Source: an uncultured delta proteobacterium
Lineage (GTDB): Bacteria; Myxococcota; Myxococcia; Myxococcales; Myxococcaceae
Assembly: GCA_963776345.1 (NCBI GenBank)
Contig: CAVZMH010000012.1
Location: forward strand, 32,001-96,000
Length of the DNA: 64,000 nucleotides
Reading direction: 5' to 3'
The translations under genes were made by a program, and so were the position numbers. The notes under the pieces were generated by a model, which saw only the letters and a program-made list of their open reading frames with translations, did not search any database and was not told where the DNA came from. Each line of letters opens with the position of its first letter. Within the stretch, counting starts at the first letter, position 1. Positions 13,424 through 23,347 of the stretch are shown piece after piece.

Positions 13424-15190
13424 ATGATTCGAACCGTCTCTCTTGCCCTCGGGGTCGCGTTGGTCATGACCGCCTGCCCCGACAACCCTCCGGGCAACCC
13501 GAATCCAGGCGGCGGCGACGGGGGCCCGCCACTCCCCTTCATCTCCGATCCGCTCCGGGCCGACGCCGGCTGCGATTGGGCCCAGTGGGGTCAGAACTGG
13601 GCCCACACCGGCGTGGCCTGCGTGCCGGCGCAGGGCTTCGGGACGGCGCTGGCGACCGTCACCTTCGACCCCTTCGTGCCACAGGAGATCGACGAGGCCG
13701 CCGGGCTGTTCGGCCGCGCCGACCTCTTCGTCCACTACGCCACCCCGATGGTCGTCGGCGACGACCTCTACATGGCGGTGAAGTCCGGCGCGTACGTGAG
13801 CTGCACGCCGCCGGGCTCCGGGGTCCCCGCCTCATGCGGCTTCGACGCCTGGAACCAGCAGGTCTGGGCGGTGAAGCATCTCGCCTGGATCTCCGGGTCG
13901 TTGACTCCGCAACAGTCGTTCGGCAGCAGCTGGAAGCCACCGCCCTGGCAGGTGGTGGGCGGCTGGGAGCCGGTGTTCCAGCCGGCGGTCTTCGACCAGG
14001 GGGTCTGGGTTCCCGCCGCGCAGGGGACGGTGATCCGTCTCGACCGGCAGCTCGAGAATCCCCAGGCGGTGAACCCGTTCTCCGACACCAACGTCAACCG
14101 GTACGTCACCGGCCCGCTGGTGGTCGACGTGGACGGAACCCTCCTCTACAACGTGGTCGAGCTCGACCCGCTGATGCCGGAGACCGGCGACGGGCGCGGA
14201 TACCTGGTGCGCGTCCCGCCCACCGGCCCGCCGACGAAGGTCCTGTACCAGAGCATCGTCAGCGGCGCGCCCGCGGCCACGGACCAGTGCCCGTACTCGT
14301 ACGCGGCAGGCAACATCCCCGGCCCGTACCCGGCCCCCGGGCCGGTCCCCACCGGTCCCTGCGGCTCGCAGCGGCCCGGGTTCAACTCGGGCCCGGCGAT
14401 CGGCCCGCGGGGAGTCATCTTCGTGGTGAGCCGGGCGCACTACGCCTCGAACGACTCCTCGCTGGTCGCGCTGAACCCGGACCTCAGCCCGAAGTGGACC
14501 TTCCGGATGCGCGAGGTGCTCACGGATGGCTGCGGTGTGCTCGCCAGCTGCCGGTCAGGCGCCCCCCTCGGCGTGGATCCGTCGACCGGGTTGAAGCCCA
14601 GCGTGAGGGTGAACGACCAGGCCTCCTCGGTGCCGGTGGCCCTGCCGGACGGCGCGGTGCTGTACGGGGGGTTCACCGGGTACAACGGCTCGCGCGGACA
14701 TCTGGTGAAGTTGGGCCCTGACGGGAAGCTGATGGGCACCTACGACTTCGGCTGGGACGTGACCCCGGCGGTCTGGGTGCACGGCGGCACGTACTCGATC
14801 ATCACCAAGGACAATCACTACCTCGCGCCGGACGGCGGCGAGGGTCCGTACGACATCACCCAGCTCTCGCGCGACCTGAAGCCGGAGTGGAAGTTCACCT
14901 CCACCGAGACCCGGAGCTGCCAGACCGAGACGGACGGCGGTCTGGCCTGCGTCTCGGACCATCCGGACGGGTTCGAGTGGTGCGTCAACGCGCCGGCGGT
15001 CGGCCCGGACGGAACCGTGTACGCCAACAGCGAGGATGGGCGCGTGTACTCCATCCGCCAGGGCGGCACGCTGGTCGAGCAGCGGTTCCTGCTCCAGTCG
15101 CTCGGCGCCGCGTACACCCCGATCGCGATCGACTCGAAGGGCCGGGTCTACTCGATGAACGGCGGGGTCATGACCGTCGTCGGGCAGTGA
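13424..15190 (+). CDS. Cys-rich lipoprotein, probable PQQ-like beta-propeller
   Basis: Lipobox-like VMTAC; PAIGPRG..WTF and [10 protein letters not shown] propeller-type repeats. Confidence 0.7.
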   Translation: MIRTVSLALGVALVMTACPDNPPGNPNPGGGDGGPPLPFISDPLRADAGCDWAQWGQNWAHTGVACVPAQGFGTALATVTFDPFVPQEIDEAAGLFGRADLFVHYATPMVVGDDLYMAVKSGAYVSCTPPGSGVPASCGFDAWNQQVWAVKHLAWISGSLTPQQSFGSSWKPPPWQVVGGWEPVFQPAVFDQGVWVPAAQGTVIRLDRQLENPQAVNPFSDTNVNRYVTGPLVVDVDGTLLYNVVELDPLMPETGDGRGYLVRVPPTGPPTKVLYQSIVSGAPAATDQCPYSYAAGNIPGPYPAPGPVPTGPCGSQRPGFNSGPAIGPRGVIFVVSRAHYASNDSSLVALNPDLSPKWTFRMREVLTDGCGVLASCRSGAPLGVDPSTGLKPSVRVNDQASSVPVALPDGAVLYGGFTGYNGSRGHLVKLGPDGKLMGTYDFGWDVTPAVWVHGGTYSIITKDNHYLAPDGGEGPYDITQLSRDLKPEWKFTSTETRSCQTETDGGLACVSDHPDGFEWCVNAPAVGPDGTVYANSEDGRVYSIRQGGTLVEQRFLLQSLGAAYTPIAIDSKGRVYSMNGGVMTVVGQ

Positions 15191-15270
15191 GTCACGCGCC
15201 CGCCCACCGGTCGCTCGCACAGCATGCGCCGCCTGGGCCTGTCACGCTCGCGCTGAGCGGCCGGCCGTGC

Positions 15271-17601
15271 TCAGCGCTCGCGGAAGACGACCACGGGCGT
15301 CGTCCCATCGAAGGCGTATCCGCCCTGGACCAGGACGTAGAGTCGGTTGGACCCGTCGTAGCCGATCCCCAGGAGCCCGTACACTCCGGTCAGGAGATGC
15401 TCCGTCCAGCCGTCGGCGGGCCGGGCGATCTGGATGCCCCCCGCCGTGGAGACGACGAGGGCGGGCGATGCCCCGGTCACCGACGTCCCGATGCGCAGAC
15501 CCGACGGGTCGAGCGTTCCGCTGCTCGCCAGGGAGACCGGGGTCCCCCACCCCGAACCATCGCGGCTGGTGAGCTGGAGCTGGCTCCGGGTCCAGTCGTA
15601 GGTGAGGAGGGTGAGCGTGTCGCCGGTGCTCGCCAAGAGCCGCTGGAGCCGCGAATCCGGGGTGGGGAGCGGCGCCGGCTCCGCGCTCCAGGCCGTGCTC
15701 CGCGAGGCATGCGCCGCCGTGCCCGAGTAGTCTTGGGCGAGGACGTGGACCGTCCCTTCCGGCGAGACTGCGACGAACATCGACTGGAGGCTCGAGGTCA
15801 CCCCGCCGATCGTCACGCCCGGGTCCTCGGTGACGTACGCGCTCCCGGACCAGCGGACGACCCGGAGACCGGGACCGGTTCCATCCATCGAGACCAGCGC
15901 CACCGGGCGTCCCGCCGGGTCGAGGGCGAACGCGTAGGACGAGGCCACCATTCGGGCCAGCTCCTCGGACCTCCAGCTGGCGCCGTCGAACCAGTCGTGC
16001 ACCACGGCGCTCGTGCTGGTGCCCTGGACGGTGTTGCGGAGGTAGACCAGGTGGGGTCGGAAGGCGCTGTCGAGGCGGAAGTACGGCTGGGCGAACGGCA
16101 GCGCGTTCGCCGGAAGGTACGGCAGCCACGCCGGCTGATCCGAGGCCGCCAGCCCCGTGGAGTCCGAGTAGGCGAGCATCCGATCCGTGTCGTCCAGAGC
16201 GGCCTCGGAAGCATAGGGGTAGCTCGGCGCCGTGCCGGGAAAATGAACGACCGACGTCTCCCAGGTGCCGGCCCCGGCGGGCGGCAGCGTTGCCACCCCC
16301 ACCGACGCTCCCGCGGAGCCGAAGCCGCTCGCGCGCGGCTCGACCACGTAGGTGTAGAGGCCGGTCGCGATCCCGACGTCGCCGTACGAGGTGGTGGAGG
16401 CCGGCAGGTGGACGAGGTCGGTGGCGAACTGGCCGTTCAGCCCGGCCGCCCGGCGAATCACCACCTCGGTCGCGACGGCCGACTGGTTCTGCCAGGTCAG
16501 CTGCACGCTCTCCACGCCCGGGACGGCGGTGAGCGCTGTCGGTGCCCGAAGCCCGACGACGACCGAGTAGACGGTGGCGGTGAAGCCCTGCGTCGCGCCG
16601 TCGACCCACCGAAGCCGGTAGGAGTAATTACGGGTCTCCTCCGCCTGGTCGTCGACGTAGCTGGACGCCGGAGGGGCGACGCTGGCGAGCGCCGTCCAGG
16701 TCGGGGTCGAGACGCCCAGGTCCGAGCGCTCGATGAGCATGGCGGTCACGTCGGTCCGCGGTTGCCAGCTCAACCGGACCGCGCCCGACGTGCCATCGGC
16801 GGTCAGGAGGGTCGGCGGACGCAGCCCCGAGTCGCTGCTCACCTCGGCGGACCAGTCGGACGACTGGTTGCCGAGCGTGTTGCGGACCCGGAAGGCGACG
16901 GGGGTGCGCTCGGGCAGGTCCGGGCCGAGGCTGACGGTGGCGCTGGAGACGTAGCCGTTGCCGAAATCCTGCCAGCTCCCGGCGCCGATCTTCGCCTGGA
17001 CGTCGATGTCCTGCGTCGAGCCGGTGACGGTGAAGGTGAGGTTGTAGGTGCCGTAGAAGTCGGTCTTCTCCACCTTCAGGTCCTGCGGAATCTGCAGGCC
17101 GTTCGAGGGCGGGGTGTGCGTCATCGGCGCGGTGAGGTCGAAGTCCACCGTGGCGGCGGAGCAGCCCCCGGACGCCTGCTGCACCACGCTGCCGTGGAAC
17201 GCGAGCTGGAGGGCGCTGCTGCTGTTCAGCGTTCCGCCTCCGCTCGCCACCTTCACGGTCAGGTGACACCCTCCGCTGGACGTCACCTCGCAGTCCTTCG
17301 GCGCGACCGTGAACGTGTTGGCCGAGGTCACCGTTCCCACCAGCCCGGTATCCGTCGGACCGCAGAATCCCGGGAGCTGGAGCGCGTTCTTGCCCGTGAC
17401 CAGGATCTGCTGCTGCACGTCGGCCGTGCTCGTCGACGTCACCTGCCCGTTCTGCCGGTAGGTGTAGGTCGCGGTGCCGTACCAGGTCCCGGCGAAGCTC
17501 GGGGCGTGGTCCTCGGCGAGCTCCTGCGCTCCGGGCCCTGAGCCGCAGCTGGCCGCGACGATGGCCAGCGCGAGCCACCTCCCACCCGTGCGTCGTCTCA
17601 T
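15271..17601 (-). CDS. Lipoprotein with fibronectin type III-like domains
   Basis: Signal ending AASC; VRLSWQ..YVDD..YSYRLR and VQLTWQ..YTYVV FN3-like patterns; Thr/Ser-rich. Confidence 0.7.
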   Translation of the reverse strand: MRRRTGGRWLALAIVAASCGSGPGAQELAEDHAPSFAGTWYGTATYTYRQNGQVTSTSTADVQQQILVTGKNALQLPGFCGPTDTGLVGTVTSANTFTVAPKDCEVTSSGGCHLTVKVASGGGTLNSSSALQLAFHGSVVQQASGGCSAATVDFDLTAPMTHTPPSNGLQIPQDLKVEKTDFYGTYNLTFTVTGSTQDIDVQAKIGAGSWQDFGNGYVSSATVSLGPDLPERTPVAFRVRNTLGNQSSDWSAEVSSDSGLRPPTLLTADGTSGAVRLSWQPRTDVTAMLIERSDLGVSTPTWTALASVAPPASSYVDDQAEETRNYSYRLRWVDGATQGFTATVYSVVVGLRAPTALTAVPGVESVQLTWQNQSAVATEVVIRRAAGLNGQFATDLVHLPASTTSYGDVGIATGLYTYVVEPRASGFGSAGASVGVATLPPAGAGTWETSVVHFPGTAPSYPYASEAALDDTDRMLAYSDSTGLAASDQPAWLPYLPANALPFAQPYFRLDSAFRPHLVYLRNTVQGTSTSAVVHDWFDGASWRSEELARMVASSYAFALDPAGRPVALVSMDGTGPGLRVVRWSGSAYVTEDPGVTIGGVTSSLQSMFVAVSPEGTVHVLAQDYSGTAAHASRSTAWSAEPAPLPTPDSRLQRLLASTGDTLTLLTYDWTRSQLQLTSRDGSGWGTPVSLASSGTLDPSGLRIGTSVTGASPALVVSTAGGIQIARPADGWTEHLLTGVYGLLGIGYDGSNRLYVLVQGGYAFDGTTPVVVFRER

Positions 17602-17677
17602 CGGCCCCCCTTCCTTCCGCCGGGGGGAGCCTAGCCGGTCGGCGCCGCCGGAGCAGCAGATACGCGGGGGCAGGCGT

Positions 17678-19345
17678 TCAGGGGAACTCGGCCTCGAGCT
17701 TCTCGGCGGTGACGTAGCGCGGCGCGATGTCGACCGGCACCCTGGCGAGCCGCGAGAGCACCCGCTCGGTCTCGGGACGGTTCACCACCAGCCGGTCGAG
17801 GAGCGCCTTGGCCCGCGCCTTGTCGCCGGTGGCCTCGATGGTGAGGAGCTCGCGCGCCAGCGCCTCGAACGCCGGGCCCAGCTTCGCGGGGACCAGGGTG
17901 AAGCGCCCATCCGGCGAGACCTTGAAGCCGCCGGCGTCGAGCAGCCAGTTCAGCTGCACCGCGGTGCCCTTCCCGTGCGCCTCGTTCAGCCCGAAGCGGA
18001 TGGACCGGAACATGCCCGCGAGCACCGTCGGGCCGAGCGCCTTCCCCATCTCGGCCGGGAGCTGCCCCTGGTCGACCAGCCGCTGCATCGCCCAGATGCC
18101 CACCGCGTCCGCCTTGCACTCCTCGATGGTGCCGTAGACCTCCTGGAGCTCGGCGCGCGGGGTGGTCTCGCGCCCGTTCAAGGTGATCCGCTGCGGTCCG
18201 ATGCCGTGCACCAGCTCGTGCATCAGGATCTGGGTGAAGAACGGATCGAACTGCACCGACTTCAGCAGCTCCGGCGCGATGGCGATCTTCGCGATCGGGA
18301 CCAGGGTCTTCTCGAACTTCGCCAGGTCCATGTTCCGGAGCATGATCCGCTTGCTGCCGTGGGCGGCGACGGTGCGCTCGTCGTTCGGCAGGTTGTAGGC
18401 GGCGGTCTGGACGCCGCGGTTCCCGTCGCCGGCGGCGAAGAGGCTGTTCACCACCCGGATGGGGGCCAGCGCGCCGATCTTCGGGTTCTTGTACCGGTCG
18501 TCCATCGGCAGCGCGTTCTCCAGCGCCTGGAGCTGGCCGGAGAAGCGCTTCAGCTTCTCGGTCTCCTTCGCGTCGACCACGGTGATGTACGCCTCGAATC
18601 CCGCCTTCTGGTTGAACCACTCGTCCTCGTAGGTCTCGTACGGGCCGAAGGTCGGGTCGATGGTGGTGTCGAGCTGCATCCAGGCGACGTCCGACTCGGC
18701 GTAGTCGTCGTTCAGCAGGGCCGCGGCGCGCTTCTCGAGGAAGCTCCGGAGCGCGGGCTGCTCGGTGGCCGCCGCCGCCTCGCGGAGCAGCGCGGCCGCG
18801 CGGGCCAGCTCTCCCTGGTACTCGAGGCTGTAGGGGACGATGGTGAAGCTCCCGCCCGGCGCCCGCCGGATGGTGGTGAAGAAGCCGCTGGCCCGCGCCC
18901 GGTCCTCGGGAGAGAGCGTCGACATCCAGCGGGACACCTCGTCCTTGGTCGCGCCGGCCGGATAGAAGTTGCCCGCGGCCGGCTTGGCCGGGACTCCGGG
19001 AAGGAACGGTGCATCGTGGGCCAGCCGGTCCCACGGGCCCTGGTTGAGGAGGAAGAAGCGAAGCTGCGCCTGGGCGAGCGGCGACCCGTCCCGCGCCAGC
19101 TTCACTGCCCACGCCTCGCTCCCTGCCCATGACTGGCGCAGGAAGAGCGGGTCCATCACCCGTGCGGCCTGCACCAGCCGGGCGAGCGCCTTGCGCTCCG
19201 AGGCAGGCAGCCCGGCCACGTCCACCGCGAGCGGCGTGGGGACGAACTGGTCGAGCGAGGCGCGCAGCTCGGGCAGCCCGGGCAAGGGGGCGGCGGAGGC
19301 GAGCGAGGCGCCGACGAGGAACGGGAGGAGGAGGGCGGTGCGCAT
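17678..19345 (-). CDS. Secreted M49-like (dipeptidyl-peptidase III type, HEXXH) metallopeptidase
   Basis: GPYETYEDE, AYNLPNDE, GSKRIML, HELVHGIG, IEECKAD; signal peptide. Confidence 0.85.
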   Translation of the reverse strand: MRTALLLPFLVGASLASAAPLPGLPELRASLDQFVPTPLAVDVAGLPASERKALARLVQAARVMDPLFLRQSWAGSEAWAVKLARDGSPLAQAQLRFFLLNQGPWDRLAHDAPFLPGVPAKPAAGNFYPAGATKDEVSRWMSTLSPEDRARASGFFTTIRRAPGGSFTIVPYSLEYQGELARAAALLREAAAATEQPALRSFLEKRAAALLNDDYAESDVAWMQLDTTIDPTFGPYETYEDEWFNQKAGFEAYITVVDAKETEKLKRFSGQLQALENALPMDDRYKNPKIGALAPIRVVNSLFAAGDGNRGVQTAAYNLPNDERTVAAHGSKRIMLRNMDLAKFEKTLVPIAKIAIAPELLKSVQFDPFFTQILMHELVHGIGPQRITLNGRETTPRAELQEVYGTIEECKADAVGIWAMQRLVDQGQLPAEMGKALGPTVLAGMFRSIRFGLNEAHGKGTAVQLNWLLDAGGFKVSPDGRFTLVPAKLGPAFEALARELLTIEATGDKARAKALLDRLVVNRPETERVLSRLARVPVDIAPRYVTAEKLEAEFP

Positions 19346-19379
19346 GGGGCGCCCCGCTTACACCGCCGCGGGCCCGTCG

Positions 19380-19550
19380 TCAGCCCTGACGCCGTGAAAT
19401 GCCGAGATGCGACAGGACCGAGTCGGCCGCCCGCCGCCCCGAGGTGAGCGCGCCGTCGATGCTGGCGTTGTCGCGGTGGTCGCCGCAGACGGTGATGCCG
19501 CTCGGGGTCCGGACCGGGCGCTGCGCCGGCTCGAGCGCCGAGGGAGTTTC
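19380..19550 (-). pseudogene. Orphan C-terminal remnant of a flavin amine-oxidase-like oxidoreductase
   Basis: Manual translation ETPSALEPAQRPVRTPSGITVCGDHRDNASIDGALTSGRRAADSVL...* carries the GD..I.GA..SGRRAA terminal motif; no N-terminal portion present. Confidence 0.7.
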
Positions 19551-19584
19551 AGCGACGCCAGGACCTTCGTCACCCGCTAGAGCG

Positions 19585-20538
19585 TCAGCGAGGCGGGGCG
19601 AGCGGGCCCTTCGGCTCGGCCGCCTTGGGGCGGATGGCGCTCATGGCCAGGCCGATCATCGCCCCCACGTCGCTGAGGTTGGACGGGACGACCAGCGTGT
19701 TGGCCGACTTGGCGAGCTTCCCGAACTCGGTGATGTACTGCTCGGCCACGCGCAGCTGGACCGCCTCGAAGCCGCCCGAGGCGTTGATGGCCTCGGCGAC
19801 GGAGCGGATGCCCTCCCCAGTCGCCCGCGCCACCGCCAGGATGGCCGAGGCCTGACCCTCGGCCTCGTTGATCTGCTGCTGCTTCTTGGCCTCGGACTGC
19901 TTGATGACCTGCTGCTTCTGGCCCTCGGCGGAGTTGATGGCCGCGTCCCGCTCGCCCTCGGACTGGAGCACCGTGGCGCGCTTCTCCCGCTCGGCGCGCA
20001 TCTGCTTCTCCATCGCGGCGATGATGTCCCGGGGCGGGGTGATGTTCTTGATCTCGTAGCGGAGCACCTTCACCCCCCACGCCTCCGACGCCTTGTCCAC
20101 CTCGGAGACCACCTGGGCGTTGATGTGGCTCCGGACCTCGAAGGTCCTGTCCAGGTCGATCTTGCCCACCTCGCTCCGCAGCGTGGTCTGGGCCAGCTGG
20201 GTGATGGCGAAGACGTAATTCGTGATCCCGTAGGAGGCCCGGCGCGGGTCCATCACCTTCATGTAGAGGATGCCGTCCACCCCGACCTGCACGTTGTCCT
20301 TGGTGATGCAGACCTGCTCCGGGATGTCGATCGCCTGCTCCTTGAGGGTGTGCCGGTAGCGGATGGCGTCGATGAACGGCACCAGGATGTGAAAGCCGGC
20401 CTCGAGCACGCCGCTGAACCGGCCCAGCCGCTCGACCACGAAGGCGTTCTGCTGCGGGACCACCACCGCGGTCTTGAAGAGGATCACCAGGACGAGGATG
20501 GCGACCAGGACTCCGACGAACAGCAATGCTTCGGTCAT
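19585..20538 (-). CDS. SPFH/stomatin-like (paraslipin, QmcA-type) protein
   Basis: VVERLGRF, ITKDNVQV, AQTTLRSEVG, MEKQMRAEREKRA. Confidence 0.92.
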   Translation of the reverse strand: MTEALLFVGVLVAILVLVILFKTAVVVPQQNAFVVERLGRFSGVLEAGFHILVPFIDAIRYRHTLKEQAIDIPEQVCITKDNVQVGVDGILYMKVMDPRRASYGITNYVFAITQLAQTTLRSEVGKIDLDRTFEVRSHINAQVVSEVDKASEAWGVKVLRYEIKNITPPRDIIAAMEKQMRAEREKRATVLQSEGERDAAINSAEGQKQQVIKQSEAKKQQQINEAEGQASAILAVARATGEGIRSVAEAINASGGFEAVQLRVAEQYITEFGKLAKSANTLVVPSNLSDVGAMIGLAMSAIRPKAAEPKGPLAPPR

Positions 20539-20999
20539 GTGCTTCCTCCGCCGGGCGTCCATCCGCCGCGGCCCTCGGTGCCTCCGACCCATACCGTCAA
20601 TCCGTCGATGCGATCCACCGGGACGCGCTCACCCACCCGCACCGTCCGGTTCGCCCGCGCGCTCCAGGCGGTCCCGCGCAGCTCGACCTTGCCCAGCTCG
20701 CCGGGACGGATCTCCTCGGTGACCAGCGCCCATTCGCCCTTCATCTCCTCCCCCGGGAGCGCCGGCGGGGCGATCCCCAGCCGCTGCATCACTGGACGGC
20801 GGAGGACCAGCACCCCCACCACCGACAGGGCGCTGAACAGGAGCCACTGCAGCCACTCCGGTCCGGCGATGTGCAGCACGGTGAGCAGACCCACCACGAC
20901 GGCCGCAAAGCCGAAGAACACCGCAAAGAACCCGCCCGGGGTGACGAGCTCGAAGATGAGGAGGCCGACCCCGGCCACGAACCACATCCACCAGTACAC
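20535..20999 (-). CDS. NfeD family (YbbJ-like) protein
   Basis: ELVTPGGFF transmembrane region plus GKVELRGTAWSA OB-fold; overlaps the SPFH gene start. Confidence 0.9.
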   Translation of the reverse strand: MYWWMWFVAGVGLLIFELVTPGGFFAVFFGFAAVVVGLLTVLHIAGPEWLQWLLFSALSVVGVLVLRRPVMQRLGIAPPALPGEEMKGEWALVTEEIRPGELGKVELRGTAWSARANRTVRVGERVPVDRIDGLTVWVGGTEGRGGWTPGGGST

Positions 21000-21075
21000 G
21001 GTGCGGCGACGCTAGCACGCGCCGCGAGAACCCCTCGCCACGGATTCACCCGGCGCGTTTGACCTGCCTCGTGCC

Positions 21076-22311
21076 GTGTCCCTAAACACCCTCCCGGTGC
21101 CCAGCGAGCGCGCGCAGGACGAGGGGAAGCTCGAGGGGCTGCACCCGCACTCGCCGAGCACTCCCGGCAGCCCCGACGAGCACGGTCGCCCGCTCAGGGT
21201 GGCGGTGGGCGCGCTCTTTCTCATCCTTGCGGTGGCGCTGGCGCTCAACCCCCGCCGCTGCATCGACTTCACCGTCTTCCGCACTGCCGGGGCGCGGCTG
21301 CTCGCAGGCACGAGCCTCTACCGGGTCGACGACGGCCCGATGCCGTTCAAGTACGCGCCTCCGGTGGCGGTGCTCTTCGCCCCGCTCGCGCTGCTCCCCC
21401 GGACCGTCGGTGCGGTGCTGTGGAACGCGGGCTCGGTCGTCCTGCTGCTGGTGGCGCTCTCGCGACTACGGCGGATCGACCCCGGCCCTCGAGACGCCGA
21501 CGGCAGCTGGGCGGCGCTCGCCCTGGCCGGCCCGGTGGGCAGCGTCCTCTTCTACGGCCAGGTGGACCTGTGGCTGCTGGGGCTGATCGCCCTCGCCGCG
21601 GCGGCGGCCCGCACCCGCCTCGATGGGGGGGCCGCGCTCGGGCTGGCGGTGCTCACCAAGCCCCCCGCGGTGCTCGCCGGGCTGTTCTTCCTCGTCCGGG
21701 GCCGGTGGCGGGCGCTGGCCGTCGCCGCCGGGGTCGCGCTGCTCGCCTGCGCCCTGTTCGCGCTCCGCGCCGGTGCGGACGCCTTCCTCGACCAGCTCGG
21801 CGCCTGGCGTGCGCTCGTCGAGCGGAGCACCGTGGAGTGGGTCACCGGACCGAACCCGCAGGGGCTCCCCACGATGCTCCTCGACGCCGCGGGCTGGCTC
21901 GGTGCACGCCCCGGCGCCGGGACGCTCTGGCTCGCCGAGCTCGCCTCCGCGCTGTTCTTCGCCGCGCTGGTGCTGGCCCTGCGGGACGACGCCGGAGCCG
22001 CCTTCCGGATGACCACCCTGGCCGTCGCGATGTGCTCGCCGCTCGCCTGGCGCGCGAACTTCGTGCTCGCCCTGCCCGGAGTGCGGCAGCTGGTGACCCG
22101 GGCGAGGGAGGGCGACCGGATCTCGCGCGGGGTGCTCGGGCTGGTGGTCCTGGCCAGCGTCTTCACCTCCGGCGCGCTCCTGGACCGGACGGCGACGGAG
22201 CGACTGCTCGCCCTCCGCCCGTGGGGTCTGCTCGGGCTGATGCTGGTGGTCGTGGAGATCTCGGCTCCGCGAGCCCGCGAGGCCGTGCGCGCCGGCACCC
22301 CACCCGACTAG
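21076..22311 (+). CDS. Glycosyltransferase family 87 (DUF2029) membrane protein
   Basis: DFTVF, PFKYAPP, YGQVD, TKP motifs; multiple hydrophobic segments; start uncertain. Confidence 0.8.
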   Translation: MSLNTLPVPSERAQDEGKLEGLHPHSPSTPGSPDEHGRPLRVAVGALFLILAVALALNPRRCIDFTVFRTAGARLLAGTSLYRVDDGPMPFKYAPPVAVLFAPLALLPRTVGAVLWNAGSVVLLLVALSRLRRIDPGPRDADGSWAALALAGPVGSVLFYGQVDLWLLGLIALAAAAARTRLDGGAALGLAVLTKPPAVLAGLFFLVRGRWRALAVAAGVALLACALFALRAGADAFLDQLGAWRALVERSTVEWVTGPNPQGLPTMLLDAAGWLGARPGAGTLWLAELASALFFAALVLALRDDAGAAFRMTTLAVAMCSPLAWRANFVLALPGVRQLVTRAREGDRISRGVLGLVVLASVFTSGALLDRTATERLLALRPWGLLGLMLVVVEISAPRAREAVRAGTPPD

Positions 22312-22330
22312 AACCCCCGCGACGCGCGGC

Positions 22331-23314
22331 ATGGCCGATCTCCTCACCATCACCCCGCAGGGGCTGTACTGCGCCCGGGGAGGCTTCCACGTCGACCCGT
22401 GGGAGCCGGTGCCGCGCGCGGTGCTCACCCACGCCCACGCCGACCATGCGCGCGAGGGCAGCGCCGCCTACCTGTGCGCGGCCCCCGGGCTCCCCGTCGC
22501 CCGTCACCGTCTGCCGGGAGCGACCGTCGAGGCCTGGCCGTACGGCGAACGCCATGCCCTCGGTGACGTCCAGCTCTCGTTCCATCCGGCCGGACACGTG
22601 CTCGGCTCGGCGCAGCTCCGCGTCGAGGCGGAGGGGGAGGTTTGGGTGGTGAGCGGAGACTACAAGCGCGCGCCGGATCCGACCTGCGCTCCGTTCGAGC
22701 CCCTGCGCGCCGACGTCTTCCTCACCGAGGCCACCTTCGGGCTCCCCGTCTTCCGCTGGGAGCCGTCCGACGCGGTCATCGAGGACCTCCTCGGCTGGTG
22801 GGAGACGAACCGCGAGGCGGGCCGTGCCTCGCTGGTCTTCTGTCACGTGCTGGGGAAGGCCCAGCGTCTCCTCGGCGAGCTTCTGCTGCGCACCGATCGG
22901 CGGGTCTTCGCCCACGGCGCCATCGCCGGGATGAGCGACGTGTACCGCGACGCCGGCGTGCGCCTGCTTCCCCTGGACCGGGTGGCGGACACCGCCAGGG
23001 GGAAGGACTTCGCCGGCGAGCTGGTGCTCGCCCCCATCACTGCCCGCGGAACGCCGTGGATGCGGCGCTTCGGCGACGCGGCCATCGCCCTGGTGAGCGG
23101 ATTCATGCGGGTGCGCGGCGAGCGCCGGCGGAGGAGCGTCGATCGCGGCTTCGCCCTCTCCGACCACGCCGACTGGCCGGCACTCCTGGACACCATCCGG
23201 GAGACGGGTGCCGGGCGGGTGCTGGTGACGCACGGGTACGCGGTGCCGCTGGCGCAGCGGCTGCGCGAGCTGGGCATCCAGGCCGAGGCGCTGGAGACGC
23301 CGTACGGAACGTGA
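22331..23314 (+). CDS. Ligase-associated DNA damage response exonuclease (MBL/beta-CASP)
   Basis: THAHADHA, PAGHVLGSAQ, SGDYKR, TEATFGLP, LSDHADW, VTHG. Confidence 0.92.
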   Translation: MADLLTITPQGLYCARGGFHVDPWEPVPRAVLTHAHADHAREGSAAYLCAAPGLPVARHRLPGATVEAWPYGERHALGDVQLSFHPAGHVLGSAQLRVEAEGEVWVVSGDYKRAPDPTCAPFEPLRADVFLTEATFGLPVFRWEPSDAVIEDLLGWWETNREAGRASLVFCHVLGKAQRLLGELLLRTDRRVFAHGAIAGMSDVYRDAGVRLLPLDRVADTARGKDFAGELVLAPITARGTPWMRRFGDAAIALVSGFMRVRGERRRRSVDRGFALSDHADWPALLDTIRETGAGRVLVTHGYAVPLAQRLRELGIQAEALETPYGT

Positions 23315-23347
23315 CCAGGAGGAGGCGGTGGCCACGGAGCGCGCGCA

